Made by a program: the position numbers and the translations under genes
Source of the DNA: Octopus sinensis
Taxonomy: Eukaryota
DNA length: 64,000 bases
Direction of reading: 5' to 3'
Assembly (NCBI RefSeq): GCF_006345805.1
Contig: NC_043000.1
Span: 119,474,001-119,538,000, forward strand
The notes under the pieces: generated by a model
Database searches by the model: none
The model's input: the letters and a program-made list of their open reading frames with translations, nothing else
What the model was told of the DNA's origin: nothing
In this document: piece by piece, positions 11,439-23,463 of the stretch
Numbering within the stretch: position 1 is the stretch's first letter
Layout: every line of letters begins with the position of its first letter

Positions 11439-12429
11439 GATACTTTCAATGAACAGTTTGTAAATAACAATTCCATGCGTTTGTCATTTTTTTAAAAACT
11501 GTTACTTGTTTCATTAGACTGTGGCCATGCTGAAGCACTGCCTTGAAGAATTTTTAGTCGAACGAATCGAACCAGCACTTCTAAAGCCTTGTACTTATTC
11601 TGTCGGATGCTTTTGCTGAACTGCTAGCTTACGGGGGCATAAACATGCCAACACCGTTCATCAAGCGGGGTGGGTGGTGGACAAATGCGCGCACGCACAC
11701 ACACACACGATAGGCTTTTTTCAGTTTCTGTTAACCAAATTCACTCATATGGCTTTGACCGGCTCGAGGCTATAGTAGAAGACACTTGCTCAACGTGTCG
11801 TGCAGAGTGACTGAACCCGGAACCACGTGGTTGGGAAGCAAGCTTCTTATTTCTTTATTGCCCACAAGGGGCTAAACATAGAGGGGACAAACAAAGGGAT
11901 GATTAAGTCGATTACATCGACTCCAGTGCGTAACTGGTACTTAATTTATCGACCCCCGAAAGGATGAAAGGCAAAGTCGACCTCGGCGGAGTTTGAACTC
12001 AGAACGCAGTGGCGGACGAAATACTAGAAAGCATTTCGCCCGGCGTGCTAACGTTTCTGCCAGCAAGCTTCTTACCACACACCCACGCCTGCGATTCCAC
12101 ATACTTTTCTTACAGTCATGCCTGCATTTACGTAAAATTTTCTTACATTAGAATTATTCGCGACAGGCACCTGTTTGCTTGGAGTTTCTTAATCTGTGTC
12201 CTATGACGAATAATGCAACCAGTTTTCCCTCCAATGAGGTTCATAGACAACAACAATATTTGGTGTCACTTACTTTCTCTTGGGCTGTTGATTAAATTCC
12301 CATAGAAACACTCCCACCAAAAACGACAAGTTAACAAAACAAAAGCGATGTGAGTCATCAGAGGGTCGGTAACCTGTTATTAAATCCGATTAATTTGTAG
12401 TGTAAGAGCAGGTTGCCAAAAATAGAGAT

Positions 12430-12434
12430 AGAGG

Positions 12435-12481
<47 letters not shown>

Positions 12482-12598
12482 GTAAGTAGATAAATAGATA
12501 GATAGGTAGGTAGATAAATAGATAGATAGGTAGATAGTTAGATAGATAGATAGGTAGGTAGATAAATAGATAGATAGATAGTTAGATAGATAGATAGG

Positions 12599-12640
<42 letters not shown>

Positions 12641-12762
12641 TATAGATAGACGGATGGATGGATGGATAGGTAGGTAGATAGATAGATAGACAGGTAGACA
12701 GAAACACGGATAGACAGAGGGATAGATGGATAAATAGATAGATGGATAGATAGATAGATAGA
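12430..12762. repeat. Long (GATA)n compound microsatellite
   Basis: Direct reading; adjoined by a CR1-like tail fragment ttattagccacacagggc near 12775. Confidence 0.95.
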
Positions 12763-13387
12763 GATGTTTCTTTATTAGCCACACAGGGCTGCACACAGAT
12801 AGAACAAATTACAAGGTAGAGCTTTTCTTTTGAAGGTTTAAAAAAAAAAAAAAAGGAAGGGGGAGTTTCGATCAAAAGGGATCGTAAAAGGAGAGAAAGA
12901 GGTAAAAAAAGGGGGGTTTAAAAAAAAGGGGGAGAGGAAAAAAAATAGATAGATAGATAGATAGATAGATAGGTAGATAGATAGATAGAGAAGGGAGAAG
13001 GAGGGAGGGGCGTTAGAGAGATGAGTATATTCTTGTTTGTGACAAGTTTATTAGATTATGATTGAGGATTCTGTCTTGACTCTCACCAAAGCATGGTAGC
13101 AAAACAATGAATGACCTAGTGACTGCTATGACAAGCGTTGATGGAGGTGGTGGTGGTGAGGGGATGCTGGGGGTGGGGGTGATAGCTGCGCTAGATTTAA
13201 CCATAAAGCAAAATAAGTACGTACTTAGTGAAGGGTGAGGCAATCACAAAAATAGTAAATGGTTTACAGTACAAATGAAATCACTAAATTTGCTTAAATA
13301 ATATTTGAAGTGGTTTATACATGATGACCAGCATCGGTTGTCAAGTGATGTTGGGAGGGACAAACACAGACATATACACACACGTAC

Positions 13388-13418
<31 letters not shown>

Positions 13419-14827
13419 TATGACGGGCTTCTTTCAGTTTCCGTCTACCAAATCCACTCACAAGGCTCGAGGCCCGAGGCTATAGTAGAAGACACTTGCC
13501 CAAGGTGCCACGCAGTGGGACTGAACCCAGAACCATGTGGTTGGTAAGCAAGCTACTTACCACACAGCCACTCCTATGCCATCTTGAGTTTACATGGCAG
13601 AGTGTGTTTGTTAACTTGACAATAAGGTCAAGGTGAGCTCTGATTGGCTGTAAGCAAATGAGTTAATTACTGGGGTATGGAACTCTCATAAGAAAAGAAA
13701 AAAAAATTGCTCCCTGGGCAAGCTGAACTTCGGCATGTACAAGCTGACGGTCATGAAAATTTCCTTGTCTTTGTCACGCCCTCCTTGGCGCTCCCTAGCA
13801 CATAGCGTCCCGGGTGACTGCCCGATTTGCTGGTACTTGAGCGGTCCCTGGTTGGTAGTGAAGTGGTAGAAGGAGCCGTGGTTATTGTGGTGATGCTACT
13901 GCTTCCGACAATACACACGTTTGCAATAACGGAACAGTTGATGATATCAAAATATCACTTGTAATTTACCTTATCTACCTGGAAAAGATGAAAAAGAAAC
14001 TCGACTCTGGCAGCATTTTAATTCAAAGCGTAATCATAAGGCATATTATTTGACACTATGGATTCTTCAAATCTACAATAACAACTACAATGATAATAAT
14101 TTTATAATAAATTAAAATGTAATAAATTAAAATAAACTCAGACATTGGCGATCATCCTCTTGCTCACTAGGTCATAACAGTTTCCACACCTTTCGACTGG
14201 ACCACTCCTTCAAGCGGTACCAAATAATATTGATTCTAACAGGTACTGTTCTTGGTCTGGGAATCAAACTCTCTATCACATGATTGTGAGCCCGAAGCTC
14301 TAACCAGTGAGCCATGCACCTTCACGGGCTCACAATCATGAGGTAGTAAGTTTGATTCCTGGATCGAGCCGTGTGTTGTGTTCTTGAGCAAGACATTTTA
14401 TTTCATGTTGCTCCAGCTGTAGAAATGAGTTGCAATGTCACTGATGCCAAGCTGTATTGGCCTTTGCTTTTGCCTTGGATAACTTTGGTGGCTTGGAAAG
14501 GGGAGGTTGGTATGCATGGGTGACTGTTGGTCTTCCATAAACAATCTTGCCCAGATTCGTGCCTTCGAGGGGAGCTTTCTAGGTGGAACATCATGGTCAT
14601 TCATGACTGAAGACGGTCTTTATACACACACACACACACACATGCACCATATTTGATGGCACATAAAACGCACTAACCCCATTACCAAAAAAAAAAAGTG
14701 GGGGGATAAAATTGGGCCTCTCATAATTTTTAATGCGTTAAAAGTTTTCCTGAATATACGCTGCTGAAATTGAGGTGTGTCTGATATGCCCGTACATCTT
14801 TTATACCACCAATTATGATACACACAT

Positions 14828-15270
14828 AGGCGCAGGAATGGCTGTGTGGGAAGTATTGGCACAGGAATGGCTGTGTGGTAAGTAGCTTGCTTCCTAACCA
14901 CATGGTTCCGGGTTCAGTTCCACTGTGTGGCACCTTGGGTAAGTGTCTTCTACTATAGACTCGGGCCGACCAAAGCCTTGTGAGTGGATTTGCTAGACGG
15001 GAACTGAAAGAAGCCCGTCGTATATATATATATGTGTGTGTGTGTGTATGTTTGTGTATCTGTGTTTGTCCCTCTAACATCGCTTGACAACCGATGCTGG
15101 TGTGTTTACGTCCCCGTAACTTAGTGGTTCAGCAGAAGAGACCGATAGAATAAGTACTAGACTTACAAAGAATAAGTCCTGGAATCGATTTGCTCGACTA
15201 AATGTGGTGCTCCAGCATAGCCGCAGTCAAATGACTGAAACAAATAAAAGAGTAAAGAGTATAAGAGAGT
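14828..15270 (+). mobile_element. SINE family A copy with duplicated head
   Basis: aggcgcaggaatggctgtgtgg head repeated at about 14828 and 14858. Confidence 0.85.
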
Positions 15271-16221
15271 AAACAGAAACACACACACACACATTTTTTA
15301 ATGTATCTGTATTTATTTTTTGCCTAACATAATACGAGTATATTTCTCTGCTTACACTTATACAAATATATTTTTATTAGTTTTTCTCTAAAACTTTCTT
15401 CTATAGAGAAAAATATAAAACATTGTTTCATGCTTGAAATTGTTTACTATAAATGCCGTTCCAATTGATGATTCTTGCCTTTGACATGATATTCATTGTT
15501 TTTCAAGTAACTTTTCTAATATGATATGCTTTAATTTAATTACTTTATTATTTTTTCTCCTCTCCTCTGAGTATCTCTTTACCTTCTCCCTCTCACCATC
15601 TTTTCTCTCCTTTACCTATTACCCTCTCCTCCTGCTTACTTCTATTTTACTCAGCGTACTTTGTTTTATGAACTTTATTTCTATACTTTCCCGCTTTATT
15701 ATACTATTCTGAACTGTTACGGTTTCATTCCTCCTCTCTCTCCCTGTCTCTAACTTCTGTTAGTTACTTCTCTCCTCTTTATGATTATATCTATTTCATT
15801 GTGTGTGTGTAGCACTCTTTACTCATTGCTTGCCACCAAGACATATGTACACCCACCCTGCACTTTAAATCTCTCCGTATCTCTTTTACTATCTCTCTCT
15901 CTCTCTCTGTACATTGTAAAGTGTGATGGAGGAAACCAGGTTATTATACAAAGGTTGTTAATTTGATCATAAACTTGGGTTTTATGAGGTCAGAATGCAA
16001 ATCCTACCTCAAACTCTTTCAGCTGCCTTTTCTGGCATGCAAAAAAACGTTGGGTCTATTCTTTGACATGCTGGTCCCCCCACAGTACAAAATAAATGTA
16101 TAATTATCATAAAAGGAAAGTTAATGACTTCTAAATAATATATGATTCATTGGTTGAAACAAATACTTCCTCTATTCAAGTTCTGGATTAAGCTAAAATT
16201 TATTATTTCTCTCAATCTATC

Positions 16222-16680
16222 CGCTCAGTCGGAGTCGACTCTCGGTTACTCGATGGATTACTGTTCTCCAGCCAGTTCTATCCTGGGTCGCTTCTTTCAG
16301 ATTGGCGATGGCCATGGCCATTTCCGTGTCACACTTGATGGTGTCAAGACAGCGGGTTCTTGGTCGGCCTCTTCCTCTCTTGCCACTGACTATTCCGAAC
16401 ATGATGTCCCTCTCCAGGGATTTTCTCCGCATAATATAACCAAAATATGCCAATCTATGCGTGGTGATCCTAGCTTCTAGCGACAGTTTCGGCTTGATCT
16501 GGTTAAGAATCTCTCCATTGGTGAACCTCGCTGTCCATGGAATCCGTAAAAGTCTTCTCCAACACCAAAGCTCGAATGCATTAATTCTCTTCTGGTCAGC
16601 AACCATATGTTGTTATTGGGAAGACGATTGCATTCACCAATCTGCATTTGGTAGCGAGGCTGATGTCTCTACTCTTTGTG
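16222..16680 (-). mobile_element. RTE (BovB-like) LINE 3' fragment
   Basis: RINAFELWCWRRLLRIPWTAR...GKRGRGRPRTR...QDRTGWRTVIHRVTESRLRL and upstream SRDISLATKCRLVNAIVFP match the RTE-BovB ORF end. Confidence 0.92.
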
Positions 16681-16707
16681 CATTAAAAAGAAAATTGTTT
16701 CATTGTA

Positions 16708-16807
16708 TTTCGTTTTTGGATTTGGTTTGCAAGATTCTTTATGTGAGTTCGTGTGTTGAAGCATATTCTGTTGTGTAAGAAAATGACTCTCCCTAGACAC
16801 AACGGAA
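16708..16807. mobile_element. Internally deleted copy of the fold-back element at 22641-22975, with 12-bp TSD
   Basis: tgtttcattgta at 16696-16707 and 16808-16819; shares ttcgtttt...gcaagattc...gactctccc.agacacaac with the longer copy. Confidence 0.75.
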
Positions 16808-17842
16808 TGTTTCATTGTAATTTTTTCATTATCATAAAAGCCAAACCCAAACATACAAGTTGACAGAAATGAAATCAAAGTTTTCTTTTTTCCTTAATGC
16901 TTATGTATAAACATAAAACAAAATCCTATTAAAATATATCTTATGATGATTTATGGCCAAATCCGGATTGCATTATTGCCATCTACTGCTTGAATACTGG
17001 TTGTATATCAAGTACACGTATTACTTTGTTGAAGGTACTGAAGTAATGTTAATAAGTAGAGTAATATATGTTATCCATTAAGTGGCAGGCTGGCAGAATC
17101 ATTAGAGTATCGAGAAAATGTTTTATGATATCTGTATATAAAGCAAAATGCAGAAGCCTTGATAAACAGTTAATACTGCGTTATTAGCTTTGAGAGGTTC
17201 TCTTATTTAGGTGCTTGGTGCGTAAAAGCGCACACATAAATCATAGCAGACAAAATTATATTTTCCCGGCTCTTTACGTCCTGAGTTCAAATTTGCCTTT
17301 CATTCTTTCGGTGCCAATAACATATGGTACTACTTAAGCTAAGTCTCTCTCACTAAAGGTTGGCCTTATGACTAAATTAGAAAACAATATCCATCTATCC
17401 TCGCCTATCACTGATCTGGGATAACACAATACAGTCAGGTGTAAACAGTATTACGCTTATCACTATAACATGGGTTGGCAATCAAAAATTCTGCTTGGAT
17501 TGCAAAAGCACATCATAGTGACGACCTTCTACAATGCTCAGAACTTTAGGTCTTCCAACGAAACCCCTTTTACTCATATTATTTGTTCATCATGGATTCA
17601 TTTAACACAGTGTTTTTATTCTGGAACCAAACACCTGTGATAAACAAGGATAGTAGTAGTAGTACTCTGGGGCCATGCACGGTAACAGTGCATCAATATT
17701 TGTTGGTGAATTCTTATTCCTGGCAGATGACACCTTTGCACCACTCAGGTGACAGTCACCCCAACTCACGAATCTGTTTGGGTAGTCGTCGCTGGTGATG
17801 GTTTTACGAGGGCTTGTAGTTGCCTTTTCCGACATTTGTACA

Positions 17843-18090
17843 TCTATAAAATTCAGTCTTTGTGTGTTTCCTCTACGGTCGGCCAAACTGCTGGATCAAT
17901 CTATATCAAATTTGGCATGAAGGATTTTCATTACTCGGGGGAAGGTTCTAGGGGGAGGGGATGTCAAATTTTTTCCTTTCCCATATAGGGGTCTGTAGCC
18001 CACCACCCCATATGACCATTCTGATTTTTTTTGTTCAGCAGATTCCTATGTTTTCGATGACGGAGATTCCCAATATGCAAAAAACCAAAT
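17843..18090 (+). mobile_element. Helitron-like 5' fragment
   Basis: A|TCTATAAAA start followed by a gtgtgt...atcaaatttggcatg motif like the 8833 element; right end uncertain. Confidence 0.5.
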
Positions 18091-18260
18091 ATATGGCCCA
18101 CTGATTAAAAGAAATACTTCATCTATTCAAGTTCTGAATTAAGCTAAAAATCTATTATTTATTCTGCATTTAAAAGAAATTTATGTCGCATTGTAATTTT
18201 TTTCTTTATCTTAAAAATAACCAAACCCAAACTTATATAAATAAAATGTTTTCATTGAAG

Positions 18261-18515
18261 GTACAGCTGCGACAACATGATGAACAACTTGCCTCACAGT
18301 TCTTACAGATATACCGAGACATCCAAATACTGAAAGTGCAAAGGGCCTGTCAAACCCACCAAGATCTTTTGGACGATGCAATCGATGAAGTTGAAGAAAG
18401 AGACCGATTGATTGATTTGTGCGACACACCACCTCTCAAGTACAGTGAATCAAAACTAAGACACTGTGGACTGACCAAGATGAATATATGTTCAAGGCGG
18501 TTCTCCTGTAGTTAG
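18261..18515 (+). CDS. FAM167A: FAM167-family protein, last coding exon (84 aa + TAG)
   Basis: Acceptor ttttcattgaag|GTA, phase 0. VQLRQHDEQLASQFLQIYRDIQILKVQRACQTHQDLLDDAIDEVEERDRLIDLCDTP...GLTKMNICSRRFSCS aligns residue for residue with the recalled FAM167A C-terminus (xEMRLQDQQLARQL...EERDELADLFCDSP...GVTKMNINSRRFSLC). Confidence 0.93.
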   Translation, partial: VQLRQHDEQLASQFLQIYRDIQILKVQRACQTHQDLLDDAIDEVEERDRLIDLCDTPPLKYSESKLRHCGLTKMNICSRRFSCS

Positions 18516-18539
18516 ATGAGGATGACGATAATTAATGGC

Positions 18540-18545
18540 AATAAA
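18540..18545 (+). promoter_or_regulatory. Candidate poly(A) signal of the FAM167-like gene
   Basis: AATAAA 25 nt after the stop codon; usage not shown. Confidence 0.4.
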
Positions 18546-18789
18546 AAATAATCATAAGTGATCCTTTGTTAGTTCTAATTGTTTCTGAGATAGGCAAATG
18601 GCCAAAAACTTGGTGAGGAAGAAAAGAAATAGTTTATCGAGGTAGATTTTGTATGCTTTCTCTGTCACTAACCCTCACCTGTTTCCAAACAACGGTAATG
18701 TTGCCCCAGGAACAGACAAGTTTGCAAAATATTGCAAACTAGCACTATGACCCGGCAACGCCAGATCATAGTGCTAGTGTGTGCACATA

Positions 18790-19094
18790 CACACGAGTAC
18801 TGTCCAAATCTCCGACAATTCACATACAGCTAGCTGGCATTCAATTGGCGTATCAAGTTTCGGGCATTTTGATTGGATTTTGGATAGAAAATTCACAAGA
18901 AAGTCATGTCTATTGATTTTTTAATGGCTTTGCGGGTTGACTGGGGAAATGTAAAGATGTGCATGACCACCCTTAGACGGTTTTGAATGACCATAGAAAG
19001 CGCAAGCTCTCTAACTGAAAAATTGTGGATTTGTATAAAGGACATACACACACACACACACAGACATACATTTTGCCATTTATATATATAGAGA
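18790..19094 (-). mobile_element. Helitron-like 5' fragment
   Basis: Minus A|TCTCTATATATATAAATGG start followed by a (GT)n tract. Confidence 0.55.
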
Positions 19095-19166
19095 TGAACG
19101 ATAATGTTTGTATGACAACGATATTCATTCGCAACTATCATGTGATATCAAGATAAAGACAGACAC

Positions 19167-19213
<47 letters not shown>

Positions 19214-19451
19214 GTGGAGATGCATGGCTTAGTGGTTAGGGTGTTGGACGCATGGTCGTAGGGTTGTAGCTTCGATTTGCGGACTGGGCGATGTGTTGCG
19301 TTCTTGAATAAAACACATAATTTCACATTGCCTCAGTCCACTCAGCTGGTAAAAATGAAGAATCTTCCACGGACTGGCATCCTGTCCAGGAAAAAGAACG
19401 TTAAACGATAATGTATGGTGATGCAAACAGGAAAAATAGTATTCAGAAATA

Positions 19452-19838
19452 CTCTCTTTTCTCTTTTACTTGTTTCAGTCATTTCACTGCGGCCATGCTG
19501 GAGCACCGCCTTTAATCGAGCAACTTGACCCCGGGACTTATTCTTTTGTAAGCCCAGTACTTATTCTATCCGTCTCTTTTGCCGAACCGCTAAGTAACAG
19601 GGACATAAACACACCAGCATCGGTTGTCAAGCAATGCTAGGGGGACAAACACACACACACGCATATATATATATATACGATGGGCTTCTTTCAGTTTCCG
19701 TCTACCAAATCCACTCATAAGTCTTTGGTCGGCCCGAGGCTATAGAAGACACTTGCCCAAGGTGCCACACAGTGGGACTGAACCCAGAACCATGTGGTTG
19801 GTAAACAAGCTACTTACCACACAGCCACTCCTGCGCCT
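19452..19838 (-). mobile_element. SINE family A, full-length copy
   Basis: Head ...cacagccactcctgcgcct and tail ...ttttctcttttacttgtttcagtc both present. Confidence 0.88.
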
Positions 19839-20958
19839 AGTATATGAATATTTTTATTAATATTTAGCAGAAGCAACAGGGTGCCAACACACGAAACTAT
19901 TGACTCCCTCAAATCACTGTTGCTTCTCCTAAATATTAATATGCACACAAACACACCCCACCACACAAAAGGATGAAAAGGCAGTGTAAAATGAAATCAA
20001 TTGTAATACTTTTAAATAAATTAAAAGACAAATAACAGATTTCATATTTTATTCAGATATATTAAATATTTTTACATTGCTCTCCAACCAGTCTTCACTC
20101 TGAGAGTTTCTTCAAAAGAAAATAAGAAAAGTAGAATAATAGATTTCATATTTTATTCAGATATATTAAATATTTTTACATTGATTTCCAACCAGTTTTC
20201 ACTCTGACAGTTCTTCAAAGGAAAATGAGAAAAGTAGGTTTTTAAACAATTCCGCTCAAGGGAGACTGACAAGCAGATACAGAAACAAGAATCAGATTTG
20301 ACAGGCAGATATAATAATGAGAATATAAAGAAGGGGAGGGGGAAAGGGTCACACACACACATGCTTATGCACACATAGATAGGAAAAGTAAAATAATATT
20401 ACCTCAGAAAATGGAATTTCTGATGTTTCAAAGAAACTCTTCAGGGTTGAGATGATAAGAAAAAGGGAAAGGAAAGATAAGAGATTTGATTTCTCTCTGT
20501 TGGAATAATTGACAGGGGATACAAAACAAATATGAAGGCACATACTTCTCTCAGACTTTCTCCCCATCACTCATCCCTTGACATCACAAACCTTGAAGAT
20601 GAACTGTTTGGAACTCTTAATTACAGCAATATTAATGGTAATGGACTGAGGCACACACATACATACACATGTGTGTGTGTGCCTCAGTCCATTACCACCT
20701 GAGAATTGGTGCTGGTTAGTTTATGTTCCCCCTACTGAGCAGTTCAAAAGATACTGACATATATACACATACACACACATATATACATAATCAGTACATG
20801 CACACCAACCAGAGATTCTTGGTTCAAATTTGATCCAATTTCTTCAACTTGTTCTTATAGGAAATACATTACACATACACCAACACACTTGTTCTAACAA
20901 AACATACAAACGCCTGTTGAAAGACGAGAGACAAGACAAACTTCACTCAAGAAAGCCT

Positions 20959-21072
20959 TCAATGACTTATGCCATTCTCCAGACCATTCTGATTCAGTTG
21001 GACGTATTCATGATAGGCATCTTTATAAGGAGACTTCTCCACAATGTGACTCAAGTTTTCTTCCATTATTAA
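20959..21072 (-). CDS. KNTC1: Tentative last KNTC1 coding exon LIMEENLSHIVEKSPY...GISH*
   Basis: gattttccag| acceptor, phase 0, 37 aa then TGA; loose match to IINKKEFGILAKTKY; shorter than the recalled human C-terminus. Confidence 0.45.
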   Translation of the reverse strand, partial: LIMEENLSHIVEKSPYKDAYHEYVQLNQNGLENGISH

Positions 21073-21139
21073 CTGGAAAATCAACAGCATGACCTAAAAG
21101 TAAGATAGAATAAAAGGTAAACAGATAATTAGTAACAAC

Positions 21140-22152
21140 AGAAGCAGTATTAAGAGTAAAAAGTATTGATCTTGTGCTGGCTGCCAATGCCAGCGCCACC
21201 TGACTGGCACCTGTTCCGGTGGCACGTAAAAAGCATCATTTGAACATGACTGATGCCAGTGCTGCCTGACTGGCACCTGTGCTGGTGGCACATAAAAAGC
21301 ACCATTCGAGCATGGTCAATGCCAGTGGCGCATAAAAAGCATCATTTGAAAAATGACCGATGTCAGTGCCACCTGACTGGCACCCGTGCCAGTGGCATGT
21401 AAAAAGTAACATTTGAACGTGATTGATGCCAGTGCCGTCTAACTGGCACCCCTGCTGGTGGCACATGAAAAGCACCATCCGAGCATGGTCAATGTCAGTC
21501 CCGCCTGACTGGCACTCGTGCCAGTGGAATGTAAGAAGCATCATTTGAGTGTGGTTGATGCCAGTGCCGCCTGACTGGCACCCGTGCCAGTGGCATGTAA
21601 AAAGCACCATTCGAACATGACCGATGTCAGTGTTGCCTGACTGGCACCTGTGCCAGTGACATGTAAAAGGCACCATTCTAACATAACAGATGTCAGTGCC
21701 GCCTGACTGGCACCCGTGCTGGTGGCATGTAAAAAGTAACATTTGAACGTGGTTGATGCCAGTGCCGCCTGACTGGCACCTGTGCCGGTGGCATGTAAAA
21801 AGCACCATTCTAACATGACCGATGTCAGTGCCGCCTGACTGGCACCCGTGCCGGCATCATGTAAAAAAATCATTTGAATATGGTCAATGCCAGTGCCATC
21901 TAACTGGCACATGAAAAGCACCATTCGAGTATGGTCAATGCCAGTACCGCATGACTAGCTCCTGTGCTGGTGGCATGTAAAAATCACCCACAATACTCTT
22001 GGAGTGGTTAGCGCTAGGAAGGGCATCCAGCTGTAGAAACCTTGCCAAATCAGATAGAAGCCTGGTGCACCCTCCTGGCCTATCAGACCTCAGTCAAGCT
22101 GTCCAACCCATGCCAGCATGGAAAGCAGACGTTAAACGACAACGATGGTGAT
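21140..22152 (+). mobile_element. GATGAT-tailed non-autonomous retroposon (family D) with expanded 66-bp minisatellite
   Basis: 13 units at 21188-21990, then GGTT.GCG.TAGGAAGGGCATCCAGCTGTAGAAAC...CATGGAAAGC.GACGTTAAACGA tail. More than 30 copies or fragments of this family occur in both orientations; the RTE-type tail is inferred. Confidence 0.85.
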
Positions 22153-22640
22153 GAGGTTTCTTTTGAACACCAAATACTGTAAGATTCACCTTGAGAGACT
22201 CTCTCATAAGGATTTGAGCACTAGAAATTATATGAACTCTTTAGCTGGCAACGGCCAAGCACCATCCGTTCGTGGCTGTTGCCAGCCTCGCCTGGCCCCT
22301 GTGCCGGTGGCACGTAAAAAGCACCATCCGTTCGAGGCCGTTACCAGCCTCACCTGGCCCTTGTGCCGGTGGCACATAAAAAGCACCATCCGATCGTGAC
22401 CGTTTGCCAGACTCGTCTGGTACCTGTGCCGGTGGCATGTAAAAAGCACCCACTACACTCATGGAGTGGTTGCCGTTAGGAAGGGCATCCAGCCGTAGAA
22501 ACATTGCCAGATCAAACTGGGCCTGGTGCAGCCTTCTGGCTTCCCAGACCCCAGTTGAACCGTCCAACCCATGCTAGCATGGAAAGCGGACGCTAAACGA
22601 TGATGATGATTTAGCATTCAGTCAAATGTAAAGCTTATGT

Positions 22641-22975
22641 TTCGTTTTCGGAATTGGTTTGCAAGATTCTTTATATGATTTCATGTGTTGAAGCATATTC
22701 TGTTGTGTCTGAGGAGAGTCATTTTCCTTTTGTGCCTTATAATTTAACACACTCACTTTTTTCTTATTTTTATTTTCCACTTTTTTCTTATTTCTATTTT
22801 CCTAAATTTTTCGTTGCGTCTTGCAACCTTTTCAATAGTCTTGACAACTGAAAAGTTTGCAAGATGCAATGAAAATTTTAGGAAAATAAAAATAAGAAAA
22901 AAGTGGTAATTTTACTGGTGAGTGTGTTACATCGTAAGGCATAAAAAGAAAATGACTCTCCCCAGACACAACAGA
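22641..22975. mobile_element. Fold-back element with 13-bp TSD
   Basis: gtaaagcttatgt at 22628-22640 and 22976-22988; about 22700-22975 is an imperfect palindrome. Confidence 0.8.
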
Positions 22976-23109
22976 GTAAAGCTTATGTATTTACACCATT
23001 TTAAATTAATTATATATTAATTAAGCTATTTCATAGCTTTGAGATTTCAATGATGTGACTGTTTATTTTTAAAATGACAATATAAAGGTAGCCATGAAAA
23101 AACCATATT

Positions 23110-23360
23110 TGACCAGAGAAAGAGAGCGAGAGAGAGGAGAGCAAGTGAGAGAAAGAGGGAGGGAGAGTGAGAGGAGAGCAAATGAGAGAGAAAAGGAGAG
23201 CAAGTGAGAGAGAAAATGAGAGCAAGTGAGAGAGAAAAGGAGAGCAAGTGAGAGAGAGAGAAGGAGAGCAAGTGAGAGAGAGAGAAGGAGAACAAGTGAA
23301 AAGGAGAGAGAGAGAAAAGGAGCAACTGAAAGAGAGGGGACAAGAGAGTGAGCGAGTAAG
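23110..23360. repeat. GA-rich minisatellite of about 21 bp (gagagcaagtgagagagaaaa)
   Basis: Repeated gagcaagtgagagag units. Confidence 0.85.
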
Positions 23361-23463
23361 TGTGAGGAAGGGGTATTAATGCCATCCGTCCTCCATCTGT
23401 TCTGATCTGCTTTTTCAGAAGGGATGTTAGACAAACCGAACAAACTGAGAAACATTTACTGAC

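Noticed and set aside
14185-14225. Minus-strand hammerhead-like ttgaaggagtggtccagtcgaaagg
   Set aside because: Helices II and III do not pair convincingly.
17843-18778. FAM167 last exon captured inside one Helitron (5' TC at 17843, CTAG near 18775)
   Set aside because: The exon splices normally to its own gene; the two ends are more simply independent fragments, and the right one is a self-contained palindrome.
20403-20494. Further KNTC1 exon (ccaacag|REIKSLIF... with a donor at 20402)
   Set aside because: It lies past the tentative stop, the IKSLI frame terminates, and the similarity is too short to trust.
21236-21924. 190-aa and 127-aa Cys/His-rich repeat proteins
   Set aside because: A by-product of the 66-bp (22-codon) unit; the same peptides recur in many family D copies.
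21188-21990. CRISPR-like array of palindromic repeats
   Set aside because: The intervening sequence is also repeated (no unique spacers), there are no cas genes, and the context is a eukaryotic retroposon.
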